This document shows, piece by piece, positions 37,870 to 50,325 of a stretch of DNA of 64,000 nucleotides. The stretch's first letter is position 1. Each line of letters opens with the position of its first letter. Below the pieces are notes generated by a model that did not search any database, was not told where the DNA came from, and saw only the letters and a program-made list of their open reading frames with translations. The DNA comes from Dicyema japonicum (taxonomy: Eukaryota; Animalia; Dicyemida): assembly GCA_011109175.1 (NCBI GenBank), contig RDEW01000078.1:1-64000 (forward strand), read 5' to 3'. Both the position numbers and the translations under genes were made by a program.

Positions 37870-40075
37870 ACTTGATCTCAAACCTGACACAAACACAAAG
37901 ACTCCTGATCAGGATCCCCAAAGCTGCCCGTATATCCTTCGCGGACTGCCTATGTGAGTGTATTGAAAGGGCAGTCTTTCGGACGACTATGAGGATTTAT
38001 TATTTTGCTTCGCTCCATTCACACTATGCATACCCCATAGGAGGGGGAAAGAAGAGAAATCACTTACGTCATTAGTAAAGGAGAATGTCCACATACTCTC
38101 AAGGAACCTATTGGCAGACTCCAAAAAGCTCACCTACAAATCCCAAAACCATGAGAAGCCAACACCGACTATCTCGGACACTCAGAGATTAAGAAGTGCG
38201 ATCCGTCGAAAACTTTCGGAAGTGGAATCCGTGCTGCCTTGAGGATCCTTGCAGATCAACACCGTATAATTCAGCCGTCTGAACAGTCCTACGCTGAGCG
38301 ACACCAAGTACCTCCCAACGACCACCGGATTCCTCCTTGCCTAGGACAATTAACTAATTTACTTGTCTCTGAAGAGGACGTAAAAGATGGGATTCTCTTT
38401 TGTCTCGAGCAGCAGTGGAGGACTAGATGGCTCTGTCCGGGCACCTCAAAACCTCATTGCTCATAACACGGGCAACTCTGGGTCCGGCAATCACCAAACC
38501 AATGAACAGGATGCTATCAGGGACACTACCAGAAACAATTCGACACGTAATGTTCTCCACCAAGTTAATCGCATTCAACAAGAGGTGAGGGGGAATATGC
38601 CTATTACTGCGGCTTGGTTTTTGTTGGTTGGCCTCAAAGCTTGTATGCAGAGCAATCCTGCCTACGCTGATAACACAGCTACAAAACCAAATAGGGGTCA
38701 CTCGGGGGTTGTGAAGCGGCAGTTCACGCTGTCCGAAAATTCCTCACGTAATCGTCAAAATTGACATAAAAATGCTGTCAATTCGATACGACGTGATACA
38801 ATTCTGGATGATTGCTTCACATCAACCCATTAGTGTACAGCTATATTCATAGCTCGCACGGAAAAGTATCCAATCTGGTACACGACCAATATTACATTCC
38901 ATATTTTTCTGGAGTCCAACAAGGTGACCCACTGTGTTCTGCCTTGTTCAGCCTGGGAATTGCCCGTATCACAGGATATTGAAAATAATTAGATGGTCAC
39001 TTACTGATACTGGAATCAGTAACACTCTAAGAACAAAAGAACAACAACTAAAAACAACATTCAGACTTCGGAGATGCTGGACACATATACCTCCTTATTC
39101 CTGCTGAGAACGTTTTTTCAGCACAGAAACTAAACTACGTTTTTCGGGGCACTCTGCTATATGAAAATGCAACAGCTCGATGCTATCGATTCCCTCTTCC
39201 GGACCACTATTGAACGTATCACCAATGTGAAATTTGACGACCGAGGGTGGGACCAAGCAACCCTACCCGTTAGCTTGGTGGACTGGGAATCCCTTCACTG
39301 AAAGATCTGGCTTGTCCCGAGTATCTGTTCTCTTTGGTCTCTAGCCACTGCTGATCAGGATGATTCTCCAACTCTAAACAGAATCATTTGACATCACAGA
39401 TATGGAGCATTTGAAATGGATGATGCCTGAGCAGAAAGACCGTTGCAGGACCATCTGCTAGGATAAATATGAGACCCTTCTGAATTAATCAAACCAACAC
39501 AGATGCGAATCGAGTAGCATTTGGATCAATGCACTTTCCGTTGGTAGTGACGGGACCCACCTTGACGACGATACTGTCCGCATCGGCATTTCCACCAGAC
39601 TTGAACTGGAGATTTCCGGACTCACAAATGCCGGTGTGGCGCCACCGTCGATTGTTATGAACACCATGCCCTCTCATGTCAAAGAAATCCAGAACGATTC
39701 CCAAGACACAAGGCGATCAACGGAATTGTCAAGCGGGATACCCTGCTATACTTGAACTGCTGGCCTGGACAGAGGGGACAGATAACGTCCTGACGGAATC
39801 ACAATTTTCCCATTTAAAAAAGGAAACCTTTGATCTTGGGTGCTACTTTTGTCGACCTACTTTGCCCATCCAACATTTTCGGAAGCGCGGTAGACACACT
39901 GTATGCCGCAAAAGAACCGACGATGGAAGCAAAGGAGAAGAAATACGGAGCGCTACGTGTCCGATTCGCGTTCTATCCTACTGTGGTCGAGGGAACCAGA
40001 CGTCTCAAAAGCGAGTGGAACAAAAAAACTATTGACAAGCCGGCGTACTTGGCTCTTTTCAACCTCTTGGCCAAT
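37870..40075 (+). mobile_element. Longer decayed CRE-clade retrotransposon (RT plus RLE)
   Basis: Collinear motifs across frameshifts: RIPKAARISFA, SSGGLDG, GVQQGDPLCSALFSLGI, QATLPVSLGGLGI, LDDDTVRIGI, RPDGITIFPFKKG, KEKKYGAL..FAFYPTVVE. Confidence 0.85.
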
Positions 40076-40254
40076 TAAGCGGAAGAGAAAACCATTTTTT
40101 AATGTATGAATAAACATGGCTGTTCTATTTGGTGGTATTTACATATGGTCCGATTTTTCCAAACAATTAAATATCCTTTTTCAGGGTTTTATCTAACATG
40201 ATATATCTCTGGTTGCTTACCTGAGAAAAAGGAATATTTTAGTTATATTAGTTT

Positions 40255-40560
40255 TTTTAATTCGGCTTAGTTAGTTAAAGCACATTCGCGTTACCAGTAA
40301 ACACTGTTTATGGTTTCGCTTGTAGCATGCTTTTCGATTATCATTTCCGTTAGTCTTCTCCATCCTTTTCGCTGTCGTGCTCGTTTCCTGATTTCATCCA
40401 GATCGTCTGCATCCATCAGTCGGCCCCCGATCACTGGGTAATCCTCCTCAAGTGTCCTTGGAAGACAACTTCTTTGACGTCCTCTGAATGCAGGAGATAC
40501 AGTATGGTCAAAAAATTCTTCCATGGCGACATTGCATGGTGTCTGTTCATCCATCCGTGT
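40255..40560 (-). mobile_element. RTE-like LINE 3' end
   Basis: RMDEQTPCNVAMEEFF..FRGRQRSCLPRTLEED..ARQRKGWRRL. Same type as 54390-55495, with a (CTAA)-like tail. Confidence 0.75.
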
Positions 40561-40689
40561 TAGATTCCACTTGAAATTTAAATTTGAAAAAACGTGTTCT
40601 TGTGGTACCGTGTGGTACTAATGAATCTTCAAATATTCAGCTTTATAATTGTTTTCAAGAGTTTATAATTATGAATTAATATCTAAAAA

Positions 40690-43265
40690 TCATTGTTAAA
40701 TAATCTCCGCCCTTTAAATAATTTAACCTCGGAATTTTCGGAGTTTATGTGGTTCATCGATTCTGTAATTTTTGGTAACGCCCAGAGGGCATTTAATGAT
40801 CCTCCAAAGAAAACCATTAAACATCTACCTCCGAGAAAACTGTCTTCTCGGCTCACTCTCTATCATCCTCATTTACCCGGAAGGAACCCCTAGCCCACCG
40901 CAAGAAACGGACCACGGTTCTGCAACTGAAAATCAATGGAGTAAGAGGCAAGATATTGGAACTCCGCTCTCTCCTGGCGGACCTGAAGATCGACATGGGT
41001 TTAATTCAAGAGACGAAACTGCCTGCGAACAGTCCTACCCCGATGTTCCCTGGATACGAGTAAATACGGACTGACCGAAAAAGGAAGCGGGGTGGTGGCC
41101 TCCTCATTTTATATCGGAAAGACCTTAAATGTGTGAACATTATTTCAGTGGTGAAGAACATCTTGCGAGACGACGATGTTACTTAAGTCAATGCAGTCTC
41201 ACTAGAAACAACAAATGGAAAAATTATTTTTGTAAACGTCTATGCTCCCCTACCTGGTTCTTGTCCGAAGCACTACAATATTCCCATTTATCTACTTTGG
41301 CTTTTTTGAAAGAGTGATCATTGCCGGGGATATCAACGCAAAACACCCTATGTGGCTGGCAAGTCAACCGTCCGACTCAAGAGGAAAAGTACTATTTTCG
41401 CAGACAGAACCTTTCACAATCATGAATGATCAGTCAAAACATACGGGAACCTCCTTCAGACCAACTAACTTCTCCAGACATCACGCTTTGTTCTTCCGCT
41501 CTGGCGGCAATATCGACTCGGTCAGTCACCTTACAACTCAAGAAGCGACCATAATTCTATCCTCTTGGAGATCAAAAGAGAAACGTCAACTTGGAGGAGA
41601 TCCCCAGAACAATTCAACTACAAACGCGCAGATTATAGACTTTACCGTACATTTACTGACAATCTACTGCATCACCTGAATGGTATTTTTTTCATGGACA
41701 AAGTAGTCGTTTAAGAAAACCGCACTATCTTGAATGCGAGATAACTATCTGTACCTAAACAACGTTTTAACTACACCAAGGGATTCTGGCCGATTAATAC
41801 TGAGGATAAATTTAGACTCAAGGCTTTGAACAATGAACTAAAACAGGGAAATAAGAGCACAAATATCAAAATGAAAGCATGTGTTCTCCTCGTTGAATAG
41901 AAATAGACTTAAATTTGGAAGACCATCCGAGACGCCTCGAGAGGGGATGAAAGATCGTCCGAGTGGACCACAGCCAAAAGGACTTGACCAACCTTATAAA
42001 TTACTATGTGAAAATATCCATAAAGACCATAAGAAGTCGGATGTACCCCCGAAATATCTCAGTAAACCGATAAAGGAACTGGATACGATTCACTTCACTG
42101 AAAACGACATTAGATATACATCGAAAGTCACTACAACGACCTATCATAACGGACCAGATAAGATTCCAATGATCCTCCTAAAGAATTTGGGAGACTATGG
42201 AATTGCTGCATTAACTAAGATATTCAACCAATCTATTAACAAAATTGTACTCCAGCCTTATGGAAGTTTGCCCACTACGTCCAATTTTGAAATCCGGTAA
42301 AGTGAAATAGGACCCAGCTTCATACAGACCGGTCGCGTTATTGTGTTCGGTGTCTAAAATTCTGGAAAGGCTGGTTCTTGTGAAAATCAAAAAATTTCCT
42401 CCCGGATTTGTCATTTCAACATGGTTTTAAATAGAGACTTCGACCCACTTATCTGCATTGACTAACTTTATACGATATGATTTTTCGCACATGCCGGGAC
42501 ACATGAAGACTGTACTTTGCTCCATAGACGTCCACAAAGCTTTCGAATCTGTGTCAAGGATTCTTACTCGGAAAATTTACTAAACAAAGATCCCTGGAAA
42601 GCTCAAACTCTGGCTAACTAACTCCCTTAGTGGTTGGAGAGAACGCGTCTGCATTGGCCAGTCAAGGTCTATTTTCACGGCTTCTTCCAATGGGGTTCCC
42701 CAAGGATCCTTTGTCTCCAGTTTTATTCAACCTATACATGGCGGACCTCCCACTCCAGACTCCGAAAATAATATTATTCTAACTTTTGCCGACGACATCG
42801 TCATTGCGTCACGCGATCAGATTGCCACTTCGAAATTGCAAAAAATCCGGACCGTCTTGACAAATGGCTATCGAAGTATCGCCTAACTATTAGCAGTGAA
42901 TAGTCAGTCACAACCATATTTACTTAGACAAGAGACTGGAAGACGGACAGTCGAACTGAAGGCAAACAATGAATGTGGTATATGGAATCCACTCATCTCT
43001 TAGACGAATGTCTTGAAGATCGAGGCTAGCGGAGAAGAGCCTCCAAAATCACGGAACGCTGGATTCCTGGAGAACTCCAGCCACCAATGCCTCTTGAAGC
43101 CTTGGTAAGAATGAACCACGGAATGCGCCGTCGTGACTGCGAAGGTCCAGTCACTCGACCAATACGTGCTTGTGTGGAGACGAAGGAAAAGCTAGAGCGT
43201 GCAGGGATCACATAATTAGTTATTTGTGTAACCGTGGTCTCTGGTGTTATTATTTATTATTTATC
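40690..43265 (+). mobile_element. Decayed APE-RT LINE ORF2 (I/Jockey-group-like)
   Basis: LQLKINGVRGKILEL..LIQETKL, IAGDINAKHPMW, SPDITL, GPDKIPMILLKNL, SYRPVALLCSVSKILERLV, QHGF, DVHKAFESV, GVPQGS, FADDIVI, then a (TTAT)n tail. Confidence 0.9.
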
Positions 43266-45299
43266 TCTCTGAAAATTCAGTTTTTTATCTGGTCTGCCAT
43301 ATTACATATTTAGAACTAAATCCTGAAAATTTACATATAGTGCAATAGAAATTTTAGTCATTTTAAATTTTACAAAAAGTGTGTAGAATTTAATTGAAAA
43401 AAGCTTTTCTAGTGGACCACGCTAGATTTATAAATTTAATAAAAATAGCTTTTTGTAAGCAGATCTATTAAAATAAATACATAAAAATAATAGTATTTAA
43501 TTCTACGTCGATTTTATAAAAAATCTTTAATATCCATTTAAATTAGGAAAAAAGATCCTCAGCTAGTTCTCTGGGTTTTTACACACAAACTTCTTTAACT
43601 TTTTAATAGAACTTCTCCCCTTCATTGACTCGAACAGTAACTTAGCCTTTATCTTCCATCTGCATTGTGGGTGTATAAGCTGGACAAATTGACCCCTCTG
43701 TGTGACGGATCTCACTAATAAAGCAATTGATCCCACAAAAAATTATCAAATGTGTTTCTTTAGTAAAGTTAAAAAATTTCGCATATTAGATTTAGCCAAG
43801 ATTGTTTTAATATAAAAATGAATTCTGAACCATTTCAAACGTTCATATATCTCCCGCTTGTTGGGTCCAATCTCCCAAAGATTCAAAAATATTTTTCTTT
43901 TAAGTATATACTTCTCCGAAAAAATTACTCGATACGTCCTAAGGAAACCTCAAAACAATTTCGATTATTTGACATGGATCATTGATTATGTAAGCAAGTT
44001 ACTAAAGATTTTGGAGGTCCTGGACTGACTAAAGATTACTTAAAATCTTTATAAAGCTAATTAAGTTTATTTAAATTATTTAAAACACTGTATAGCTTAT
44101 TAAACACCTCAGAATGCATGGATTTGTCAGTTACTCCATAAAAAATCACATTTTTCAACCAAACATCTTCTAGAAGTAACGATTGTAACCAGACTGTACC
44201 CTTAGTATTACTTACAATTATAATGAATTTTAGTTATATTATATCTCACTTTTGAAAAAGTTTTTTGACCACGTGCTTTTAGCTTTTTGTGGGACAATTT
44301 TATTTTGACTTAAAGTGCTTAGGAGACTTGAAATAAGTATTTTATTATTGCATTTTAGAAGGAGAGTGTTTAAATAAGCAGTTTAATAAATCAAGTTTTG
44401 ATTTTTTACCCACGTGGGCTATCTCCCATCTCCACTATAGATGACTTCTCTGTACTCTTGGTCATTCAATTAATGTTCAGTCATTTAGCCGGTCAACCAT
44501 ATGTGCAAGCTGTCACTTTCCACAAGTTTTTTTTTCATGCAAGGAAATAACTCTTTGAAAAGTTAATGAATTCGACAAGTAATTGGTTGGTCGACATTCT
44601 CACAATCGTGATCTAGATCAGTTTGAGTAGCCACTTGATTCTGTAAACGTCATGCTTTGTCTTTGACTGAGTCAAAAAACTGTAAGAGAATGTCAGATAA
44701 GATAAACATAGATTTGTGCAAAAAATCATAGCTACACTGACAAAATCAAAATATGACTCTTAGATTATATACTTGAGGATCAGGCTATTAAAAAGGTGAA
44801 TAACATTTTTAGAGATATAAGACAAAGCATGTTAGTGAGATAAGAAACACTAAAACTCCTCGAGAAGTTTACTTATCATGCGACTGTAATGGAGACATTT
44901 GAGGGATAAGTAGGATGAATTTTTGATGTAAGCCAACACTCATAAGTCATGACGGTCGCGAAACCCACTTGCTTATTAGTATCTCAACATCACGTCAGTT
45001 AACTAGGATTAAGATTTAAAAACATGGCAATCGAAAGAGCTATCTTATCAATAAATTTTACCTGAAAGCTATTTCCAGTCACTCTCTTTTCTACGATGTC
45101 TTACTTTTCTGTCACTCGCATGTCTCGTATTTAGCAAATTTTAATTTTACAATAATATGACTCACAGATTAATGATAGTCTTTCGCGTCAATATCCACTG
45201 TCTTTTGGCAGTTGGAGCTTGATTTATTTAATAATCCCAAATATATCAGATAAAGGCCTAAGGTCTAATTAAGGTATATCCAGTTTACAAGTCCTTTCC

Positions 45300-45532
45300 A
45301 AGCATCACCTCCATGTCTGGCATTGTGAAAACCCACCCAGTAGAGCAGCCAAGATATCCTTTTTGGATATCGGCTAGGCACAAGTCTCTCCTGAGACTGG
45401 GAGATCACATGACGACTCCTAGGAATAGAAGAATGCACAGATCAGTAAGAAATCATTCAACCATACAGGTAGCAGTGTAGGAATTGAATCCAGGCTAACC
45501 ACTACGCGATAACACTAACCACTACGCTACCT
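45300..45532 (-). mobile_element. tRNA-headed SINE, type B
   Basis: Head GGTAGCGTAGTGGTTAG..GGATTCAATTCC and core GTCATGTGATC..AAAAGGATA. Confidence 0.7.
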
Positions 45533-46148
45533 GGAGAACGTGATTTGTTAATAATGTCTTGTTTATTAATAATAAGAAATTTAATATTTCAAATTACATA
45601 CATAATTCTAATTATTATTCTAACTATTTGCTTCTTACAACACCGACGGAGATCAACGGAGGAGCCACTGGGCTTTGAATGCAAACAGTTTCATGAAAAA
45701 AGACAGTGATTTCCCGCTTATGCCTCCAGTTGTCTCAATAACAACAACGCGTTATTTAGTCCAGGAGATTATAAAGATTAAGAATAAGATTAATATGCAA
45801 TACAAAATTATTTTTTTGGATGACATAAATCATGATTGACCCCTCAAAGACACCAGTAACCATTAAGGTTATAATTTGTGTAAATTTGGTTGAATTGAGG
45901 GTCTGAATCTTAATATTGGAGTTAATCAGATCATCCCCTATAATGTTATCATCTTCATTTACATATCGTCATTCCAGTAAAATAGTTATTTTAATATAAA
46001 TTGAATTATTAAAAACTTGGAACAAATGTCCTGATTGTGAATATAACGTTAGAACTATTGATTATAGGAATAACCAAGATAATGTTGCGGTTTTATCGTT
46101 GTATTTAATATTGTTTGCGACTTTATGGGATATAATTACATAGAAGGA

Positions 46149-48324
46149 ATGGTTTGTTATTATCTGTAATAACGTAGAATGCATTAATGCTGATGATATG
46201 GATGCCCCTAATATATTCATACCAAATTCATTACACCATCAAGGAGGAGTTACCCATTGGATATACTATTGGCAATTTCTGCAATGATCTGGCCATTAAT
46301 TGCTCTGGTAGCAAGATTATATTAGACGCTGTATATTTTTTAGTAGACACTCAGGAAACATCAAGGTAACTGTCCAATTGTATTGCTTAAGATAAAATCG
46401 AGAATTGACTATGATTCTAAGCTTCCAAAATTTAAAGATGATGAATTTCGATATGAAATAGATCTCTTTAAAGGATCTGAGACTATAATAGTAAACTTAA
46501 TAGTGAAGGTATAATGGTCTTAATATAAAATAGGTCTTAACTATAAAATAGGTCTTGGATATAAATGATAATAGACCGAGGTTTAATAGTCGAGTAATAT
46601 ATTGGAATGTTAGTGACTTGAATATTGGACAACTTTATCAATCCCTAAAGCCACAGATGCTGACAAATATGATACTATTCATTATATATTATTTGGAAAC
46701 AATAATTTTATATTAATTGAAGATAATACAAACTTAACTTTAAAATCACTTATAAATTTCAAACCCAACACTAAGATATCACTCAGAATTATTGCCATTG
46801 ACAATTATACATTGGAACATCTCAATTACGTTGATATTAAAATTAACTACCCAATCCCCAAATACAACAATGTGACTGCAAAGGGAGATGTAGTATTCTC
46901 ATGGAAGGGCAAATCCAATACTTTTGTTGTTAATAAGACCACTTCATTACTGGGGACTTTAATTGCTACGACCAATGATACAATTTCATGTATTGCAAAC
47001 TCACGTGCAATTAGTTTGAGTTTATCAGTAAAGAATGAATATAATGTGTATGTGAATGACTATAATAGTGTGATTCCTGTCACAACTATTAATATTACAT
47101 GTATTAAATTAACTGATGATGGCTGTCCTTATTCATGGGATAGAGGACAAGATGTTTACACAACAAACTTGACAGTATATTATTAATATTATTGTTAGAT
47201 TATTTCTGAAAACATTTATAATACTGCCATGTATTTGAAGATATATGAAAATATGCCAATAAAAACATCCGTTGATATTGGAATTAATGAAATTGGGATA
47301 TTGATACAATAATTTTATTTCAGGTTTTCATTGTATCATATCAAAGAGTTTTTGACTATGAAAAAAAAAATCTATAAATATAATGTAGTATTTCAAAAAA
47401 TACGCATTTACAAACAATTAATATACTTGATGCAAATATACACCAATATTTACAAATCAACTATGGATATTATTTAATGATAAATTCTCCACCAGAACAA
47501 CAATTATTCATATAAAGCAAAGATATTGATTCTGAAATAAACTCCCAAGTCAAATATAGAATACATGCAATCAATGATTTGAGTATTATTGACTGTCCTT
47601 CAAAGAATAACACTGACAATTTATTCAAAATAGATTCAAACACAGGAATAGTTTATACAAATAAGAGAATAACCAAAGAAACAATATATAATGTTATCAT
47701 TGAGGCTTATGACTCGGGACCACAACAACTATTCACTCAAACAAATTGTTTTATTAAAGTCATAAGTCTGAAGAAAATGTTTAAATATAACTATTTCGGA
47801 TCGTTCGTAACTCCAGAAACTATCCTCGATACGAAAATTATGAAGAATTCTGACGGAATCGTAAACACAGTTAGCTTCATCTCCAAAGAAATAACCGACA
47901 TGAAATATTCCATTTCTACTGAATCTCAGAAATACTTTAAAATTGATCCCAACACCGGCTCTCTCTCGATTATTAAACTACCACTAAATTATGAACTTGA
48001 GATTCAGTTTTCGTCACAAAAATACCCAACATTTAAATATAACTTTATCATACGTTTTCAACCAACGAACTTATCCATCCAAAAACAACAAAACAAATAA
48101 TTCCTCCCCAACACTGAAACTAATCCCTATGTTACAAAATGGGGATATATTTGATTGTATTTTTCAGTGTGTCAATTGCTTTCGTAATGGTTGTTGTTAT
48201 GAGAAATTATTGCAAAAAGTCAGATAAAATAAAAAATCAAACAATATATGAAAATAATTCAGCCTATGTTTCTTACGTAAACTACGAAAATATGGCTGTG
48301 GATTCGTCAAACGCTAATTTATAG
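46149..48324 (+). pseudogene. Protocadherin-like paralogue with frameshifts (pseudogene or error-containing sequence)
   Basis: Same exon plan as 30491-32822: ATG-only exon 46149-46151 and introns 46152-46177, 46366-46391, 46509-46551 and about 47175-47198. Exon 2 is 188 nt versus 189 nt. Further deletions occur near 46630, at 47280-47540 and near 48090-48140. It has a distinct TM, MGIYLIVFFSVSIAFVMVVVM. Confidence 0.85.
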
Positions 48325-48414
48325 ATTTATTCACTGCTTTAACATTTATTTTTATTGATATCTATTAGTTATCTCAAAACTCATGCATCAGACTAAATAA
48401 AAATAGTATATAGA

Positions 48415-48745
48415 TGGTTGGTAGTTATGATGTCTTGTCATTAACAACGTTCGATTCCCCAAATTGACGACTTTTTTGGTGATTTTCTTTCCTCTCCTTG
48501 CTCTACTAGAGTGTAGTTATGTAATATATCGATCTTTGATGCCGTTCACTCCAGAATGGCACGAAAAAAGGATCATTTTATCTCCCTATCTACTCAGTGT
48601 TTTTTCACAACTGTAATGACTGACGTTATCTTTTTTTTCTGATGGTTGTATAATAGTGGTCTTTGATTCTGCGACTGTGGAAACTGGTTGAATTTAATTA
48701 GTTGAAACTATTAATTTTTCTCGGTGTATCCAGGATTTTTTTAAA
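48415..48745 (+). mobile_element. SINE type B, diverged
   Basis: GTTCGATTCCC B-box, AAAAAAGGATCATTT core and GAAACTGG..AATTAGTTG tail region. Confidence 0.6.
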
Positions 48746-48787
48746 TTATAAAGGAACTATTAAATAATATTAAAAGACTGTCTAACC

Positions 48788-50140
48788 CAGTGGTTCCCAA
48801 CCTTTTTGAGAGCACGGAACCCTATCGACATTTTTTATTTTATACGGAACCCTTATATATTTTTTCTAACAATTATCAGTATTTCACTAATATAAAAAAA
48901 TAAAATGCTAGTTAGTGAGATGGTTAATGTCGCTTGCATAGCTTTGTAATCTTTGGCCTCGTCCTTGACAGGGTTAAACGTAGGTCTTCCTCCACATACA
49001 GTGAGTTCGCGTGTTTTTTATGCTTATATTTGTTAATGCAGATAAATCCACTTTCACAGAGATAAGTCGTTGAAAACTGGACCAATACTCTTAAAGCTTT
49101 GTTTGCCAGAATAGGATATTCTTTTTTTACAATCAGCCAAAACGAATCAATATCAAGCTGTACATATTCCATTTTTAACGTTCTGTCACTTGAAACAAAC
49201 GCAAGTTCTTCCTTTTTAATGATAGCTCGTTTCCAAGTTATTTCGTACTCAGCAATAGGATTCCACACTCAACTAAAATGGGTGGAAAATAATTATTCGT
49301 ACATGAAAAAACCAATGCGTGTGAATAATGTTCGGATTCTTATTTTTCGCAATAGAAACAAAGCCTTTAAATTGCCATTTGAAAATAGCGGCGTGACGCC
49401 ATGTGGTGCTTCGTGGCTAATTGATTGAAGTTTTTGTTTTGTTCGTCTGTTCCTCCTCTTTCTTCCTATTAGAGTGGCGTCATGTGATCCACCTGTCTAG
49501 GTGGCGCCCAGTGCCAGGCCGGCACAAAAAAAGGATCATTTGCTCACCCCCATTCCACTGGAGGGGTTTCCACAACTGCAACTATGGACGTCGTTTACCC
49601 TTTATGTTGATTCCGGATAGACTTTTTCTGTAGAAGTGGACTGGAACATTTAATTAGTTGTTTACTTTAACTTCTTTCTCGGTTAATAAATTAAATTTAA
49701 ATTGCCAGTCATTGCTGGAACACCATCAGTACAGATACCCACACATGCATTCCAATCAATCTTTATATCCTCAAAATATGAATTTATAAGATTGAAAATG
49801 TCTTCGAGCAACTCTTTGCAGCAAAAAAATCTTCAACAATGAATTCATCGTTCATTTATCGAACGAAAACAAGGAGTTGCATTCTTTCTGTAATATTTGA
49901 GCTTTCATCCACTTGAAGCGCAAAAAACACAGATTTTTTTATTCGCCGAACCAAAGTGGCTTCAATGTAATTAGACATATCCTTGATGCGTCTGCTCACA
50001 GAATTATTAGAAATAGGAATTAAGTCGAGCTCAGCGGCGGCAAAATAATTCGTTTTGAAAAATCATTCTTTGAAAAAAGAATTAAAAAAATTTTAACTTC
50101 GCGGAACCTAGAACTTCGCGGAACCAGGTTGGGAACTCTG
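48788..50140 (-). mobile_element. hAT (Buster/Charlie-type) internally deleted transposon with TIRs and 8-bp TSD
   Basis: TIRs CAGTGGTTCCCAACC and GGTTGGGAACTCTG. TSD GTCTAACC at 48780-48787 and 50141-50148 (central TA). Protein motifs: FWLIVKKEYPILANKALRVLVQFSTTYLCESGF and LIPISNNSVSRRIKDMS. Confidence 0.92.
49378..49695 (+). mobile_element. SINE type B nested in the hAT element
   Basis: 12-bp TSD TTTAAATTGCCA at 49366-49377 and 49696-49707, with a type B core. Confidence 0.8.
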
Positions 50141-50148
50141 GTCTAACC

Positions 50149-50325
50149 CTTCTCTCGAGGGAAACACTTGACTTGGGATGGGGCCTGTACCGACACCTTT
50201 TCCCAGTCGAGACTTGCTGGTTCCGCGTTCAGAGCTGGTGAGGCTGTTCGGACTTTCGAGAATTTCAAGATAAAAAAATATGACAGAGATACCACGTTCA
50301 GCCCATTGTTGTCGAGACGAGTTAA
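50149..50325 (+). mobile_element. CRE-clade RLE fragment
   Basis: FSRGKHLTWDGACTDTFSQSRLAGSAFRAGEAVRTFENFKIKKY. Confidence 0.75.
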
